A stretch of DNA of 64,000 nucleotides from Leucoraja ocellata (taxonomy: Eukaryota), in contig JAWMAR010000392.1 in the NCBI GenBank assembly GCA_036785375.1, forward strand, positions 1,240,001-1,304,000, in the 5' to 3' direction. This document shows positions 12,822-26,621 of this stretch, piece after piece. The translations under genes and the position numbers were made by a program. Every line of letters starts with the position of its first letter. Within the stretch, counting starts at the first letter, position 1. Under the pieces are notes generated by a model. That model did no database searches and was not told the DNA's origin. It worked only from the letters and a program-made list of their open reading frames with translations.

Positions 12822-13394
12822 AGGTGAGACCACACCTGGAGTATTGCGTACAGTTTTGGTCTCCAAATCTGAGGAAGGACATTATTGCCATAGAGGGAGT
12901 GCAGAGACGGTTCACCAGACTGATTCCTGGGATGTCAGGACTGTCTTATGAAGAAAGACTGGATAGACTTGGTTTATACTCTCTAGAATTTAGAAGATTG
13001 AGAGGGGATCTTATAGAAACTTACAAAATTCTTAAGGGGTTGGACAGGCTAGATGCAGGAAGATTGTTCCCGATGTTAGGGAAGTCCAGGACAAGGGGTC
13101 ACAGCTTAAGGATAAAGGGGAAATCCTTTAAAACCGAGATGAGAAGAACTTTTTTCACACAGAGAGTGGTGAATCTCTGGAACTCTCTGCCACAGAGGGT
13201 AGTTGAGGCCAGTTCATTGGCTATATTTAAGAGGGAGTTAGATGTGGCCCTTGTGGCTAAGGGGATCAGGGGGTATGGAGAGAAGGCAGGTACGGGATAC
13301 TGAGTTGGATGATCAGCCATGATCATATTGAATGGCGGTGCAGGCTCGAAGGGCAGAATGGCCTACTCCTGCACCTAATTTCTATGTTTCTATG
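12822..13394 (+). mobile_element. CR1 family A 3' fragment
   Basis: Almost identical to 11778-12311. Confidence 0.9.
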
Positions 13395-13549
13395 AGAGCA
13401 AAGATGGGCAGGTGGAGGGAGGGGTGGAGATAATGACAGGTTGGGAGTGATAGGTGGAGACACCAAAGGGCTGTTGATTATGGAATTCGATACGTAAGGA
13501 AAGATGTGCAAGGCTGCATTCTCAGTCGCTGACTACATTCCCCACACAC

Positions 13550-13816
13550 TCACAACTGAGAGGACAAATTGCTTCAACTACATCTACACATTTGCAGATG
13601 ACTCCACTATGGTGGGCCAATTCACAATCAATGATGAGGCAGAGGACAGGAAGGAGTTGGAGAACTTGGTTTCAGGTGTCAGAATAACATCCTTTCCCTG
13701 AATGTCAGCAAGTTATCGACTTCAGTTATCGTTGCCGAACCAGCAGGTCGAGGAACAGCTTCTTTCCGGCGGCTGTCACTCTACTCAACAACGTACCTCG
13801 GTGACTGCCAATCACC

Positions 13817-13851
<35 letters not shown>

Positions 13852-14440
13852 ACACTTATTATTTTTTATTCAAATTGTTTGCTATGTCGCTCTTCAAGGG
13901 AGATGCTAAATGCATTTCGTTGTCTCTGTACTGTACACTGACAATGACAATTAAAATTGAATCTGAATCTGAATCTGAATCTTCAGGAAGCATGGTGGAG
14001 TATGTGCCCCAATTTGCAACCGTGGTGCGAAGTGAAAATGATTAGGAGCTTCAAATTTCTCAGCATAAATTACCGCAATGTGTCATGGACTAAATATATT
14101 GAAACAACAGCAAAAAAATTACTTTCTCAGGAGACTAAGGAAATTTGGCAGGTCTCCAATGACTCTTACAAACTTCTACAGATGCGTGGTGAAAAAGCAT
14201 ACTATCAGGTTGCACCACAGCTTGGTTTGGGAACAGCTCTGCAAGAGGTTACAGAGAGTTGTGGATGCAGCCAGACCACGACATTTCACACTGTCTCGTG
14301 AAAGCTGCTAGCATCACCAAAAACCTTTTGATCCCGGACAATCCTTCTTCTACCTGCAAAAGATACAGAAGCTTGAAAGCACATAGCACCAGACTCAGGG
14401 ACAGCTTCATCCCCTCAGACTTAAAGTTATCAGACTTCTG
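13550..14440 (+). mobile_element. Degenerate Rex1/Babar-like LINE with a nested younger 3' end ((ATCTGA)n tail, about 13730-13980)
   Basis: FADDSTMVG, FLRRLRKFGRSPMTLTNFYRC and STRLRDSFIP motifs across frameshifts. Confidence 0.7.
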
Positions 14441-15273
14441 AACAATTCCTCGGGTACAGTGTCAATATAACCTACCTCATTGCGGACATTGGACTTTGAA
14501 GGGGGGGAGGGGGTGATAGAGGATGCCTAAAATGAGAGAAATTCATGTTCATACCATTGGATTGTAAGCTACACAAGCTTTTCCACTCTTTATCATCCAG
14601 CCAGAGCTATCTCAGGTGTAAACATATCTCCTTCCATTGGAAATTAGTTTTGAGCGTAGAGATGGAATAGAATACAATGGCATGCCCAGGTTAGATGTGA
14701 GCGGTTTAGAGTGTGAAGTGTGGTTGCACAGACTGCAGTCAGAGTTTCAGCCTTCAAAGCAGTGTGGTTTCTGGGGAAGCAGTGTGGCTTCCAGGGAAGG
14801 AGTTTGGGTCAGTTACCATATGCTGGTGTCTCTCAGATCGGGCAGCATACCGTTGCGTTTGAAGTAGTGAAAATGAATATTTACCTCAAATGTAAACCGC
14901 CTCAGTAACATTCAGGTTATAAACTCATAGTAAACACCCAGGCCAATCAGTAACTAAATGTCACAAGATCAAAACTCACCAAACAACAGCAAAACTACCA
15001 TACCTTTGTGAGGTTGGTGCCTCTAAGCTACCGTAAATGTACACCACACTGTGAGCATTTAAACCCAGTGCATGAAACACAAATAGATTACAATTCAGTC
15101 ACTAAGCAACAGTCAATGCAATACATGGCAACTGGAATCCAAAGTCAAATATGGAGGATGTAATGGTTTATTATTGTTTGGTGTACCAACACACAATGCA
15201 TACTATCCAGGCAAATCATACTGCACATGAGTACAACAGGTTGGACAAAAGAGAAAATAAGCAGAACACCTTC

Positions 15274-15900
15274 TGAGTATAGAAGTTGGGATGTAATGTT
15301 AAAATTGTACAAGGCATTGGTGAGGCCAATTCTGGAGTATGGTGTACAATTTGGTCGCCTAATTATAGGAAGGATGTCAACAAAATAGAGAGAGTACAGA
15401 GGAGATTTACTAGAATGTTGCCTGGGTTTCAGCAACTAAGTTACAGCAACTAAGTTACAGAGAAAGGTTGAACAAGTTAGGGCTTTATTCTTTGGAGCGC
15501 AGAAGGTTAAGGAGGGACTTGATAGAGGTTTTTAAAATGATGAGAGGGATAGACAGAGTTGACGTGGAAAAGCTTTTCCCACTGAGAGTAGGGAAGATTC
15601 AAACAAGGGGACATGACATGAGAATTAAGGGACTGAAGTTTAGGGGTAACATGAGGGGGAACTTCTTTACTCAGAGAGTGGTAGCTGTGTGGAATGAGCT
15701 TCCAGTGAAGGTGGTGGAGGCAGGTTCGTTTTTATTATTTAAAAATAAATTGGATAGTTATATGGATGGGAAGGGAATGGAGGGTTATGGTCTGAGCGCA
15801 GGTATATGGGACTAGGGGAGATTATGTGTTCGGCACGGACTAGAAGGGTCGAGATGGCCTGTTTCCGTGCTGTAATTGTTATAGGGTTATATGGTTATAT
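15274..15900 (+). mobile_element. CR1 family B 3' fragment
   Basis: Matches the 3' part of 9558-10880. Confidence 0.9.
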
Positions 15901-16149
15901 TAACAGAATATAATGTTATAGCTGCAGCGAAAGTACAGATTAAAACATAATGCAATGGGTGCAATGAGATAGATTAGAAGATTGGGAATTCCATCCTCAG
16001 TATATAAGAGGTCAGTTAAAGGATGATCGCAGTGGAGTAGAAGCTGTTCCTGAATTTACTAAGATGTACTTTCAATCTTTTCTACCTTCTGCCTGACGGG
16101 AGGGGGGAGACGAATGAATGTTCCGGGTGCGAGCAGTCTTTGATTATGT

Positions 16150-16900
16150 TGAAGACAAACGCAACAAGTTGGATTAACTCAGCGGGTCAGGCAGCATCTC
16201 TGGAGAAAAGGAATGGGTGACATGTCGGGTCGAGACCCATCTTCAGACAGAATCAGGGGAAGGGAAACGAGAGATATAAAGGGTACATAGGACAAATTAA
16301 TGGAAGATATGCAGAACAATGAAAATCAAGGAAAGGTGGAGCCCACAATAGTCCATTGCTGGCTGTTGGATAGATGATAACGAGTTATACAGACAGTATA
16401 ACTATCAGGAGACTCAACAGGATGACAGTGAAACTAGTATGACGATGGGTGGGGGAGAGATGGAGAGAGAGGGGATCCAAGGGTTATTTGAAGTTAGAGA
16501 AATCAATATTAATACCGCTGAGTTGTAAGCTGCCCAAGCAAAATATGAGGTGCCATTCTTCCACTTTTTTCACACAGAGAGTGGTGAACTTTCTGCCACA
16601 GAGGGTAGTTGAGGCCAGTTCATTGGTTATATTTAAGAGGGAGTTAGATGTGGCCCTTGTGGCTAAAGGGATCAGGGGGTATGGAGAGAAGGCAGGTACA
16701 GGATACTGAGTTGGATGATCAGCCGTGATCATATTGAATGGCGGTGCAGGCTCGAAGGGCCGAATGGCCTACTCCTGCACCTAATTTCTATGTTTCTATG
16801 TTTCTAATTTACATTTTGCCTAATTCTGACAATGGAGGTGGCCCAGGACAGTAAGGTCAATATGGAAATGAGAATGGGAACCTGGAGATCCCGTAGGCCG
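16150..16900 (-). mobile_element. Older Penelope-like remnant interrupted by a CR1 3' end (about 16563-16806)
   Basis: Minus frame EEWHLIFCLGSLQLSGINIDFSNFK resembles the GIY-YIG C-terminus at 35470-35550; terminal unit with a degenerate hammerhead core near 16218-16247. Confidence 0.75.
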
Positions 16901-17119
16901 ATTATGTTTGCTGCTTTCCCGAGGCAGCGTGGAGTGTTGATGGAATTGATAAGATGTGTTCTATGGTGCATCTCCAGACATTGTTAAATGCCATTGGCGA
17001 CTTGCTGAATTTCCTCAACTCTCTGAGGAAATAAAGGCATTGGTGTGCTTTTTTGGCAAAAACAAAGAGCTCCCATTTCCTCTCACATTTGAAAGACGTG
17101 TTGATTGATAGGTTAATTG

Positions 17120-20100
17120 TCCAGATAAGGTCATAAGTGATAGGAGTAGAATTAGGCCATTTGGTCTATCAAGTCTGCTCCACCATTTAATCATGGCTGA
17201 TCTATATCTCCCTCCTAACCCGATTCTCCTGCCCTTCCCCATAGCCTCTGACACTGTACTAATCAAGAATCTATCTCTGCCTGAAAAATATCCACTGACT
17301 TGGCCTCTGCAGTATTCTGTGTCAAAACATTCCACAGATTTACTATTCACTGACAAAAGAAATTTCTCCTCATCCCCTTCCGAAAATAACGTCCTTTAAT
17401 TCTGAGGCTATGACCTCTAGTCCTAGACTCTCCCACTATTGGAAACATTCACTCCACATCCCGCTCTATATCTAAGCCTTTCACTATTCTGTATGTTTCA
17501 ATGAGGTCCCCCCACCCTCATTCTTCTAAACTCCAGCGAATACATGCCCAGTGCCGACAAACGCTCATCATAGGTTAACCCACTGATTCGTGTGATCATT
17601 CTTGTAAACCTCCTCTGAACCCTCCCCAGAGCCAGCACATCCATCCTCCGATATAGAAACATAGAAAATAGGTGCAGGAGGAGATCATTCGGCCCTTCGA
17701 GCCAGCACCGCCATTCATTGTGATCATGGCTGATCGTCCCCTATCAATAACCCGTGCCTGCCTTCTCCCCATATCCCTTGACTCCACTAGCCCCTAGAGC
17801 GCTATCTAACTCTCTCTTAAATCTATCCAGTGATTTGGCCTCCACTGTCCTCTTTGGCAGGGAATTCCATAAATTCACAACTCTGGGTAAAAACGTTTTT
17901 TCTCACCTCAGTCTTAAATGACCTCCCCTTTATTCTAAGACTGTGGCCCCTAGTTCTGGACTCACCCAACATTGGGAACATTTTTCCTGCATCTAGCTTG
18001 TCCAGTACTTTTATAATTTTATATGTTTCTATAAGATAGCCCCTCTTCCTTCTAAACTCCAGTGAATACAAGCCTAGTCTTTTCAATCTTTCCTCATATG
18101 ACAGTCCCGCCATCCCAGGGATCAATCTCGTGAACCTACGCTGCACTGCCTCAATCACAAGGATGTCCTTCCTCAAATTAGGAGATCAAAACTGTACACA
18201 ATACTCTAGATGTGGTCTCACCAGAGCCCTATACAACTGCAGAAGAACCTCTTTACTCCTATACTGAAATCCTCTTGTTATGAATGTGTTGCCCAAAATT
18301 GCTCACAATATTTCAAATGCGGCCTTACCAGCAGCATATAGCACCATAGCATTACATCCCTTGTAATGATCACTCCTTGTGGTATAATGTGGGGGGGGGG
18401 GGGGGGGGAGGGGGGGGTGGAGTTGATAGGAACGTGAAGAGAATAAAAATGGGATTAATGAAGGAATAGTGTAGATGGATGGTTGCTGGTCAGCACAGAC
18501 CTGATGGGCTGAATGGCCTGTTTCCTTGCTGCATCTCTCGGTGACACGTGGAGACAGGTAGGGGATGGGGAGGCATGGTGTTGAGAGGCAGGTAGATGAT
18601 GGATGGAGGTAGACAGAGGAGGAAGAAAAGGCAGATGGAGCAAGGTGAAGTTGGAGACGGTTGCTGGAAGGTGATGACCAGGAACACAAAGACTCCCATA
18701 CTGGAACCTAATAAGAAAGTTAGGTAATAACAGAACCCATGAGGAGAGGTGAGAGGTTAGACTTGGCTTGTACTCGCTAGAATTTAGAAGATTGAGGGGG
18801 GATCTTATAGAAACTTACAAAATTCTTAAGGGGTTGGCCAGGCTAGATGCAGGAAGATTGTTCCCGATGTTGGGTAAGTCCAGGACAAGGGGTCACAGTT
18901 TAAGGATAAAGGGGAAATCTTTTAGGACCGAGATGAGAAAAACATTTTTCACACAGAGAGTGGTGAATCTCTGGAACTCTCTGCCACAGAAGGTAGTCGA
19001 GGGCAGTTCATTGCCTATATTTAAGAGGGAGTTAGATGTGTGTCCCTTGTGGCTAAAGGGATCAGGGGGTATGGAGATAAGGCAGGTACAGGATACTGAG
19101 TTGGATGATCAGCCATGATCATATTGAATGGCGGTGCAGGCTCGAAGGGTCGAATGGCCTACTCCTGCACCTAATTTCTATGTTTCTATGTTAGAAAGTC
19201 TTGTGTCTTCAAGAAAATGGAGATTGGACTTAGATTGGCAAAAGAACCAATGGAGATCCACAAGAGTCATAGGTACAGCACGGAAATAGGCCCTTCAGTC
19301 CATCTTATCCATGCTGACTATATTGGGACTGACTACTCATTCATGTAATCCAATCGGTGATGATGAAAGTATGGGTCGACTGGACTTATGATGAAAGAAT
19401 GGGTCGACTGGGCTCTTATTCACTGGAATTCAGACGGATGAGAGGTCATCTTATAGAAACATAGAAATTAGGTGCAGGAGTAGGCCATTCGGCCCTTCGA
19501 GCCTGCACCGCCATTCAATATGATCATGGCTGATCATCCAACTCAGTATCCCGTACCTGCCTTCTCTCCATACCCCCTGATCCCCTTAGCCACAAGGGCC
19601 ACATCTACCTCCCTCTTAAATATAGCCAATGAACTGGCCTCAACTACCCTCTGTGGCAGAGAGTTCCAGAGATTCACCACTCTCTGCGTGAAAAAGTTCT
19701 TCTCATCTCGGTTTTAAAGGATTTCCCCTTTATCCTTAAGCTGTGACCCCTTGTCCTGGACTTCCCCAACATCGGGAACAATCCTCCTGCATCTAGCCTG
19801 TCCAACCCCTTAAGAATTTTGTAAGTTTCTATAAGATCCCCTCTCAATCTTCTAAATTCTAGAGAGTATAAACCAAGTCTATCCAGTCTTTCTTCATAAG
19901 ACAGTCCTGACATCCCAGGAATCAGTCTGGTGAACCGTCTCTGCACTCCCTCTATGGCAATAATGTCCTTCCTCAGATTTGGAGACCGAAACTGTACGCA
20001 ATACTCCAGGTGTGGTCTCACCAAGACCCTGTACAACTACACATCTACCTCCCTCTTAAATATAGCCAATGAACTGGCCTCAACTACCCTCTGTGGCAGA

Positions 20101-22615
20101 GAGTTCCAGAGATTCATCACTCTCTGTGTGAAAAAAAAACATATAGAATTCTTAAGGGATTGGACAGGCTAGATGCAGGAAATAAATTCCCAATGTTGGG
20201 GGAGTCCAGAACCAGGGGTCACAGTTTAAGAATAAGGGGACTGAGGCCTAAGATGAGGAAAAACATTTTCACCCAGAGAGTTGTGACTGGAATTCTCTGC
20301 CACAGGAGGCAGTGGAGGCCAATTCACTGGATGTTTTCAATAGAGAGTTAGATTTAACTCATAGGGCTAACGGAATCAAGGGATATGGGGGGGAAAACAG
20401 GAATCGGGGGTGCTGATTTTGGATGATCAGCCATGATCATTTTGAATGGCGCTGTTGGCTCGAAGGGCCGAATGGCCTACTCCTACATCTATTTTCTATG
20501 TGGGTGTGAGGCATGCACTGATGATAGAAACATAGACATAGAAAACATAGAAAATAGGTGCAGGAGTAGGCCATTCGGCCCTTCGAACCTGCACCGCCAT
20601 TCGATATGATCATGGCTGATCATCCAACTCCGTATGCCATTCCTGCCTTCTCTCAATACCCCCTGATCCCTTTAGCCACAAGGGCCACATCTAACTACCT
20701 CTTAAATATAGCCAATGAACTGGCCTCAACTACCTTCTGTGGCAGAAAATTCTACAGATTCACCGCTCTCTGTGTAAAAAATGATTTTCTCATCTCGGTC
20801 CTAAAAGACTTCCCTCTTATCCTTAAACTGTGACCCCTAATTCTGGACTTCCCCAACATCGGGAATAATCTTCCTGTATTTAGCTTGTCCCTTAAGTATT
20901 TTGTAAGTTTCTATAAGATCCCCCCTCAATCTTCTAAATTCTAATTGATTAATTGATGATGCTCCTTCCTTCACCAGACCCTTAAATAAGGAAGGAACAG
21001 AAGTGATGTGACCTTTTTGTTGCCTTGGAGGATGAAACAATTGTGTCATACGAGAGGGAGAAGGTCTGAAAATGAACCCCACTCCAAAGGATGCTCATGA
21101 TGTGTTAATCATCATCTAGGAACTCAGCAAATTCATTTCACTTGCACTTTATGTGCAAATGACGAATATAATATGCCTTGACTTGACTTGAGAATCCAGC
21201 ATTTGTAAGCTACAAAATATTTAAGTGTACGATATCTTTCAGCCCAAGTTGAATCTGTGCAGAACCTACATTTTATAGTTTGGATGCTGGAGTACCTCAC
21301 AAAATGCTGGAGTAACTCAGAGGAACAGGCAGCCGCTCTGGATGGAAGGAATGGGTGACGTTTCGGGTCGAGGCCCTTCTTAGCTTTCACAACATTTCCC
21401 CTTTTGCAAACGTATCTCGTCAATTAAACAATTCTCCATTTTCTCTGGCAGTCCTGTTTAATCCTCTTCTATGGGGTGTGGCTATCTCGGTCATTGCTGA
21501 CTTTTACATAGAAGTGTACAGCACAGGAGCAGGCCCTTAGACCCACATTGTCCACATCGAATATGATGCCAAGATAAACCTATCTGCTCCGCCCGCACAT
21601 GATCCTGCGTTTCCCAGCATGTCCATGAACAAGGAAGAAAAAATGATAGTGCCCAGTCCATCATGGGTACTGTAATGACTGATTTTAAGCTAAATGTCTA
21701 CTACAGGTGCTGACCATCCCACCATTAGAAACATAGAAACATAAAAATTAGGTGCAGGAGTAAGTCATTCGGCCCTTCGAGCCTGCACCGCCATTCAATA
21801 TGATCATGGCTGATCATCCAACTCAGTATCCCGTACCTGCCTTCTCTCCATACCCCCTGATCCCCTTAGCCACAAGGGCCACATCTAACTCCCTCTTAAT
21901 ATAGCCAATGAACTGGCCTCAACTACCCTCTGTGGCAGAGAGTTCCAGAGATTCACCACTCTCTGTGTGAAAAAAGTTCTTCTCATCTCGGTTTTAAAGG
22001 ATTTCCCCTTTATCCTTAAGCTGTGACCCCTTGTCCTGGACTTCCCTAACATCGGGAACAATCTTCCTGCATCATCATTGAAGTGCTCTACAGGAACCAC
22101 TGCCTCTCAAAGACAGCCAGCATCATCAAGGACCTATACCACCTTGGCCTGGCTTTCATTTTTCCTCCTGCCATCAAGAAGGTAAAGAAATCTAAAAACT
22201 GTAACATCCAGGTTCAGGAATAGCTTCTTCCCAACAACCAGTGGGCTATTGAGTGCTATGAACTCCAAATAACCATTAAACTACAAACTGCCTTGGTTGC
22301 AGGTACAGAAGACAGTGAAGAAAACGAATGGCATGTTGGCCTTCATAACAAGAGGAGTTGAGTATAGGAGCAAAGAAGTCCTGTCCTGCTGCAGTTGTAC
22401 AATGAGACTATACCTGGAATATTGTGTGCAGTTTAGGTCTCCAAATTTGATGAAGGACATTCTTGCTATTGAGGGAGTGCAGCGTAGGTTCACAAGGTTA
22501 ATTCCCGGGATGGCGGGTCTGTCATATGTTGATAGAATGGAGCGGCTGGGCTTGTATACACTGGAATTTAGAAGGATGAGAGGAGATCTTATTGAAAAAT
22601 AATAAGATTATTAAG
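17120..22615. mobile_element. Cluster of CR1 3' fragments (about 17653-18283 -, 18755-19190 +, 19454-20037 -, 20140-20500 +, 20524-20943 -, 21726-22072 -, 22295-22615 +)
   Basis: Repeated [20 protein letters not shown] frames and TTTCTATG tails. Confidence 0.85.
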
Positions 22616-23087
22616 GGTGGGCCTCCTCACTCTCGGGGGCCCATCGGCAGGAACGTTTGTCTCCGCGACACATCTCAGGAGCCTTCTGCTGCCACGTGGC
22701 GCATCTCGGGTTCCACCGACGGAACCTGAGATGCTGTGCTATAGTATCACTAACTAAACTAAACCGGCTGCAGTACAGTGGCTCAAATGGTAACGCCAAA
22801 ACTCCACAGTGCAAACAGACATTTTCACACTGGGGGAAAATAGTCTTGTTTTCACACGGGGGGAAATAGTCTTGTTCTCCCTAATTTCTAAGTAGGCACT
22901 TAGCAATGTATCTTATTCCCATGCACAAAAATTACTTATGGGAGATTAGTTTCGAGATACAGCGCGGAAACAGGCCCTTCGGCCCAGCGAGTCCACGACG
23001 ACCAGCATTCGCCCCATATACTAGCACTATCCTACACACACACGCGACAATTTACAATGATACCAAGCCAATTAACCTACAAACCTG

Positions 23088-23189
23088 AAGGTACACAAAA
23101 AAGCTGGAGAAACTCAGCGGGTGCAGCAGCATCTATGGAGCGAAGGAAATAGGCAACGTTTCGGGCCGAAACCCTTCTTCAGACCCACA
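23088..23189 (-). mobile_element. Solo Penelope terminal unit with hammerhead-like core, inserted in a SINE
   Basis: Near-identical to about 35665-35758; 14-bp TSD AACCTACAAACCTG at 23074-23087 and 23190-23203. Confidence 0.85.
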
Positions 23190-24611
23190 AACCTACAAAC
23201 CTGTGTGTCTTTGGGATGTGGGAGGAAACCGGAGTTCCCAGTGAAAACCCACACAGTCTCGGGGAGAACATACAAACTCTGTACAGACAGAATCCAGGTC
23301 TCTGGCGCTGCCCAGCCGTACTTTATTGTCACATGTACCTAGATACAGTGTAAAGGAGGAAGGATTGACGGTGAGGAGGACAGTCTGAGTAAATGGGAAG
23401 ACATTGATTAGTTGGGTACTTGGGCAGAACACCAGCAGACAGACTGGTTCGAGTGAGGTCAAGCCTGTTGTGAGGATGAACACTATTGAGTATTGCAGGT
23501 AAAGAATGCGTCTGCTAGACTTGCTTTCCCTAGGTCAGGGCACTGAGAATAAGAGTCAGGAAGTCACAGGACTTTTGTCAGGCTGTGTTTGGAGTATTGT
23601 GTGTAGTTCTGGGCACCCCATCACTGGGCTGATGTGGAAGCTTTGGACAGAGTGCAGAGGAGGTTTACCAGAATGCTGCCTGCAGTAGAAGGCATTGGCT
23701 ATACGGAGAGATTCTTCTCTGGAATGTCAGAGGCTGAGGGGGGCCTGGTGGAGGTGTGTACAATTATGAGAGGCTGAGATAAGGTAGACAGTCAGAACCT
23801 TTTTCCCAGGGTGGAAATGTCAAAGATTAGAGTGATAGTGGAATCAATTATGAGTTATTGGTACGAGTGCAGGCAGGTGGGACTAAGGGAAAAAAAATGT
23901 TGTTTGGCACGGACTTGTAGGGCCGAGATGGCCTGTTTCCGTGCTGTAATTGTTATATGGTTTGTTATATGGATGTAACAATTACCCTGGTAAGGGAGAC
24001 AGAAGGTTAAAAAGTATTTGCCTTGCATCCCAATGAGGAGTGCGAGGTCACCAAAAGCAAAATGGATGTTGCCTGCGCTGGTGGGGACTCTGAGGGATTG
24101 CCGTGAGCGCAGTGGTCTCGGAGTTTGTGGTGACGCCGCGCCCTGGGGTCTGGTGCGAGTGTGGACGGCTTTCTGACTGTTTGAGCGGACAGGGACTGCA
24201 GAGAGAGTGACAGCGGTCGGTGCAACTGGTCACATCACGGTGAAGAGCGTGTGTGTGGCCCAAACATTAGACTGATGGCTGTGGGCCTCCGCTTTTGCTG
24301 TGTGCCTATAGATTCTTACACGCCGCTGTGGTGGCTGTTTATGTTTGATTTGTATGTCAGATCAGATTCAGATTCAGATTCAATTTAATTGTCATTGTCA
24401 GTGTACAGTACACAGACAACGAAATGCATTGACAACGAAATGCATGTATGTAATCTTGTATCTTGTTTTTTTATATGAGTGTATGGTAAAATCAAATATC
24501 CAACGAAATGCATGTATGTAATCTTGTATCTTGTTTTTTTATATGAGTGTATGGTAAAATCAAATATCACTGTACCTCATGGTACACGTGACAATAAAGG
24601 ACTATTGAACT

Positions 24612-25211
24612 ATATAACCATATAACAATTACAGCACGGAAACAGGCCATCTCGACCCTTCTAGTCCGTGCCGAACACATAATCTCCCCTAGTCCCATAT
24701 ACCTGCGCTCAGACCATAACCCTCCATTCCCTTCCCATCCATATAACTATCCAATTTATTTTTAAATGATAAAAACGAACCTGCCTCCACCACCTTCACT
24801 GGAAGCTCATTCCACACAGCTACCACTCTCTGAGTAAAGAAGTTCCCCCTCATGTTACCCCTAAACTTCAGTCCCTTAATTCTCAAGTCATGTCCCCTTG
24901 TTTGAATCTTCCCTACTCTCAGTGGGAAAAGCTTTTCCACGTCAACTCTGTCTATCCCTCTCATCATTTAAAAACCTCTATCAAGTCCCCCCTTAACCTT
25001 CTGCGCTCCAAAGAATAAAGCCCTAACTTGTTCAACCTTTCTCTGTAACTTAGTTGCTGAAACCCAGGCAACATTCTAGTAAATCTCCTCTGTACTCTCT
25101 CTATTTTGTTGACATCCTTCCTATAATTAGGCGACCAAAATTGTACACCATACTCCAGAATTGGCCTCACCAATGCCTGTACAATTTTAACATTACATCC
25201 CAACTTCTATA
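24612..25211 (-). mobile_element. CR1 family B 3' fragment
   Basis: RT C-terminus and tail on the minus strand. Confidence 0.9.
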
Positions 25212-25584
25212 CCCAGACTATTCCCAAACTATTCTTGGGTTTGCATGCAACCCTGTAAAATCATCCAGCAGACATCTCCCAGGCAGTACAGAGTCGCCAC
25301 ATTTCTGGCGGTGACCAAGTTACGAAATGTTAACCGAACAGATTTATGTTCTACTCGCTGCGGCGGACCAGGCCTGCCGCTACACGTGGTTGTGGGCAGC
25401 CTGGTTTCATTATCAGCACACCCTGGCCCAGTCTTCCCTTTATTCTCTGCACCTCCCTGTGTTCCCCTTTGCTTATGCCGTCCCCTGCTGGGTCCCCCTT
25501 TGTTCCCGGCAGCCCCCGCCCAGCCAGGTCCATTTATTTCTCGGCGGCCCTCCTTGCTTTCTGCGGAAACTACGGAGAGGATCT

Positions 25585-26240
25585 AGTCAAGTCAAGTCAA
25601 GTCAAGTTTATTTGTCACATACACATACGAGATGTGCAGTGAAATGAAAGTGGCAATGCTCGCGGAACAACAAAACAACCAAACGAATTATAAACACAAT
25701 CATAACACACATATTATTTTACATAATAAATAATAGAAGGAAAAACGTTCTGTACAGTTAGTCCCTGGTGAGAAAGGCGTTTACAGTCCGAATTGCCTCT
25801 GGGAAGAAACTCCTTCTCAACCTCTCCGTTCTCACTGCATGGCAACGGAGGCGTTTGCCTGACCGTAGCGGCTGGAACAGTCCGTTGCAGGGGTGGAAGA
25901 GGTCTCTCATGATTTTGTTTGCTCTGGAGTTGCACCTCCTGTTGTATAGTTCCTGCAGGGGGGTGAGTGAAGTTCCCATAGTGCGTTCGGCCGAACGCAC
26001 TACTCTCTGCAGAGCCTTCTTGTCCTTGGCAGAGCAATTCCCGAACCAGATGGTAATGTTCCCGGACAAGATGCTTTCCACCGCCGCTGCGTAGAAGCAC
26101 TGGAGGATCCTCGGAGACACTCTGAATTTCCTCAATTGCCTGAGATGGTAAAGGCGCTGCCTTGCCTTACTCACCAGTGCTGAGGCGTGTGATGACCATG
26201 TCATATCCTCAGAGATGTGGACTCCCAGATATTTAAAACC
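25585..26240 (-). mobile_element. Rex1/Babar-like LINE 3' fragment, (TTGAC)n tail
   Basis: ORF KARQRLYHLRQLRKF..LRSGKRLRCHAVRTERLRRSFFP; near-identical copy at 47414-47945 and tail-only copy at about 39913-40068. Confidence 0.85.
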
Positions 26241-26548
26241 TCAGCTCTCTGTGGTTAATCGCGGAGGACCTCCTCACTCTCGGCGGCTCATCGGCAGGGA
26301 CATTTGGCTCCGCGGCACATCTCAGGTTCCACCGAAGGGCCTGTTTCCGTGGTGTATCTCTAAACTAAATTAATCTAGCTGCTCAAATGGTAAAGACAGA
26401 ACTCCAGTGACAACAGACACTTTCACACTGGAGAAAAAAATCTATTTTCCCTCATTTCTGAGCAGGCGGTTGGGAATGTACCTTATTCCTAATGTCTAAA
26501 GTAATAAGCTGGAGTTCAAAGATTACAGATATATAGTGCATGCTATTT

Positions 26549-26621
26549 TCCTCGTTAGTATAGTGGTTTAATATCCCCGCTTGTCACGCGGGAGACCGGG
26601 GTTCAATTTCCCGACGAGGAG
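26549..26621 (+). tRNA. tRNA-Asp(GTC)-like gene or pseudogene
   Basis: Cloverleaf: acceptor TCCTCGT/ACGAGGA, anticodon stem CCCGC/GCGGG with GTC at 26583-26585, T arm CGGGG-TTCAATT-TCCCG (C61>T); followed by CCA and then TTTT. Confidence 0.8.

Noticed and set aside
25351-25533. Collagen-like GLPGTKGDP peptide
   Set aside because: Only three Gly-X-Y triplets, no splice context, and it lies in a locally repeated G-rich unit.
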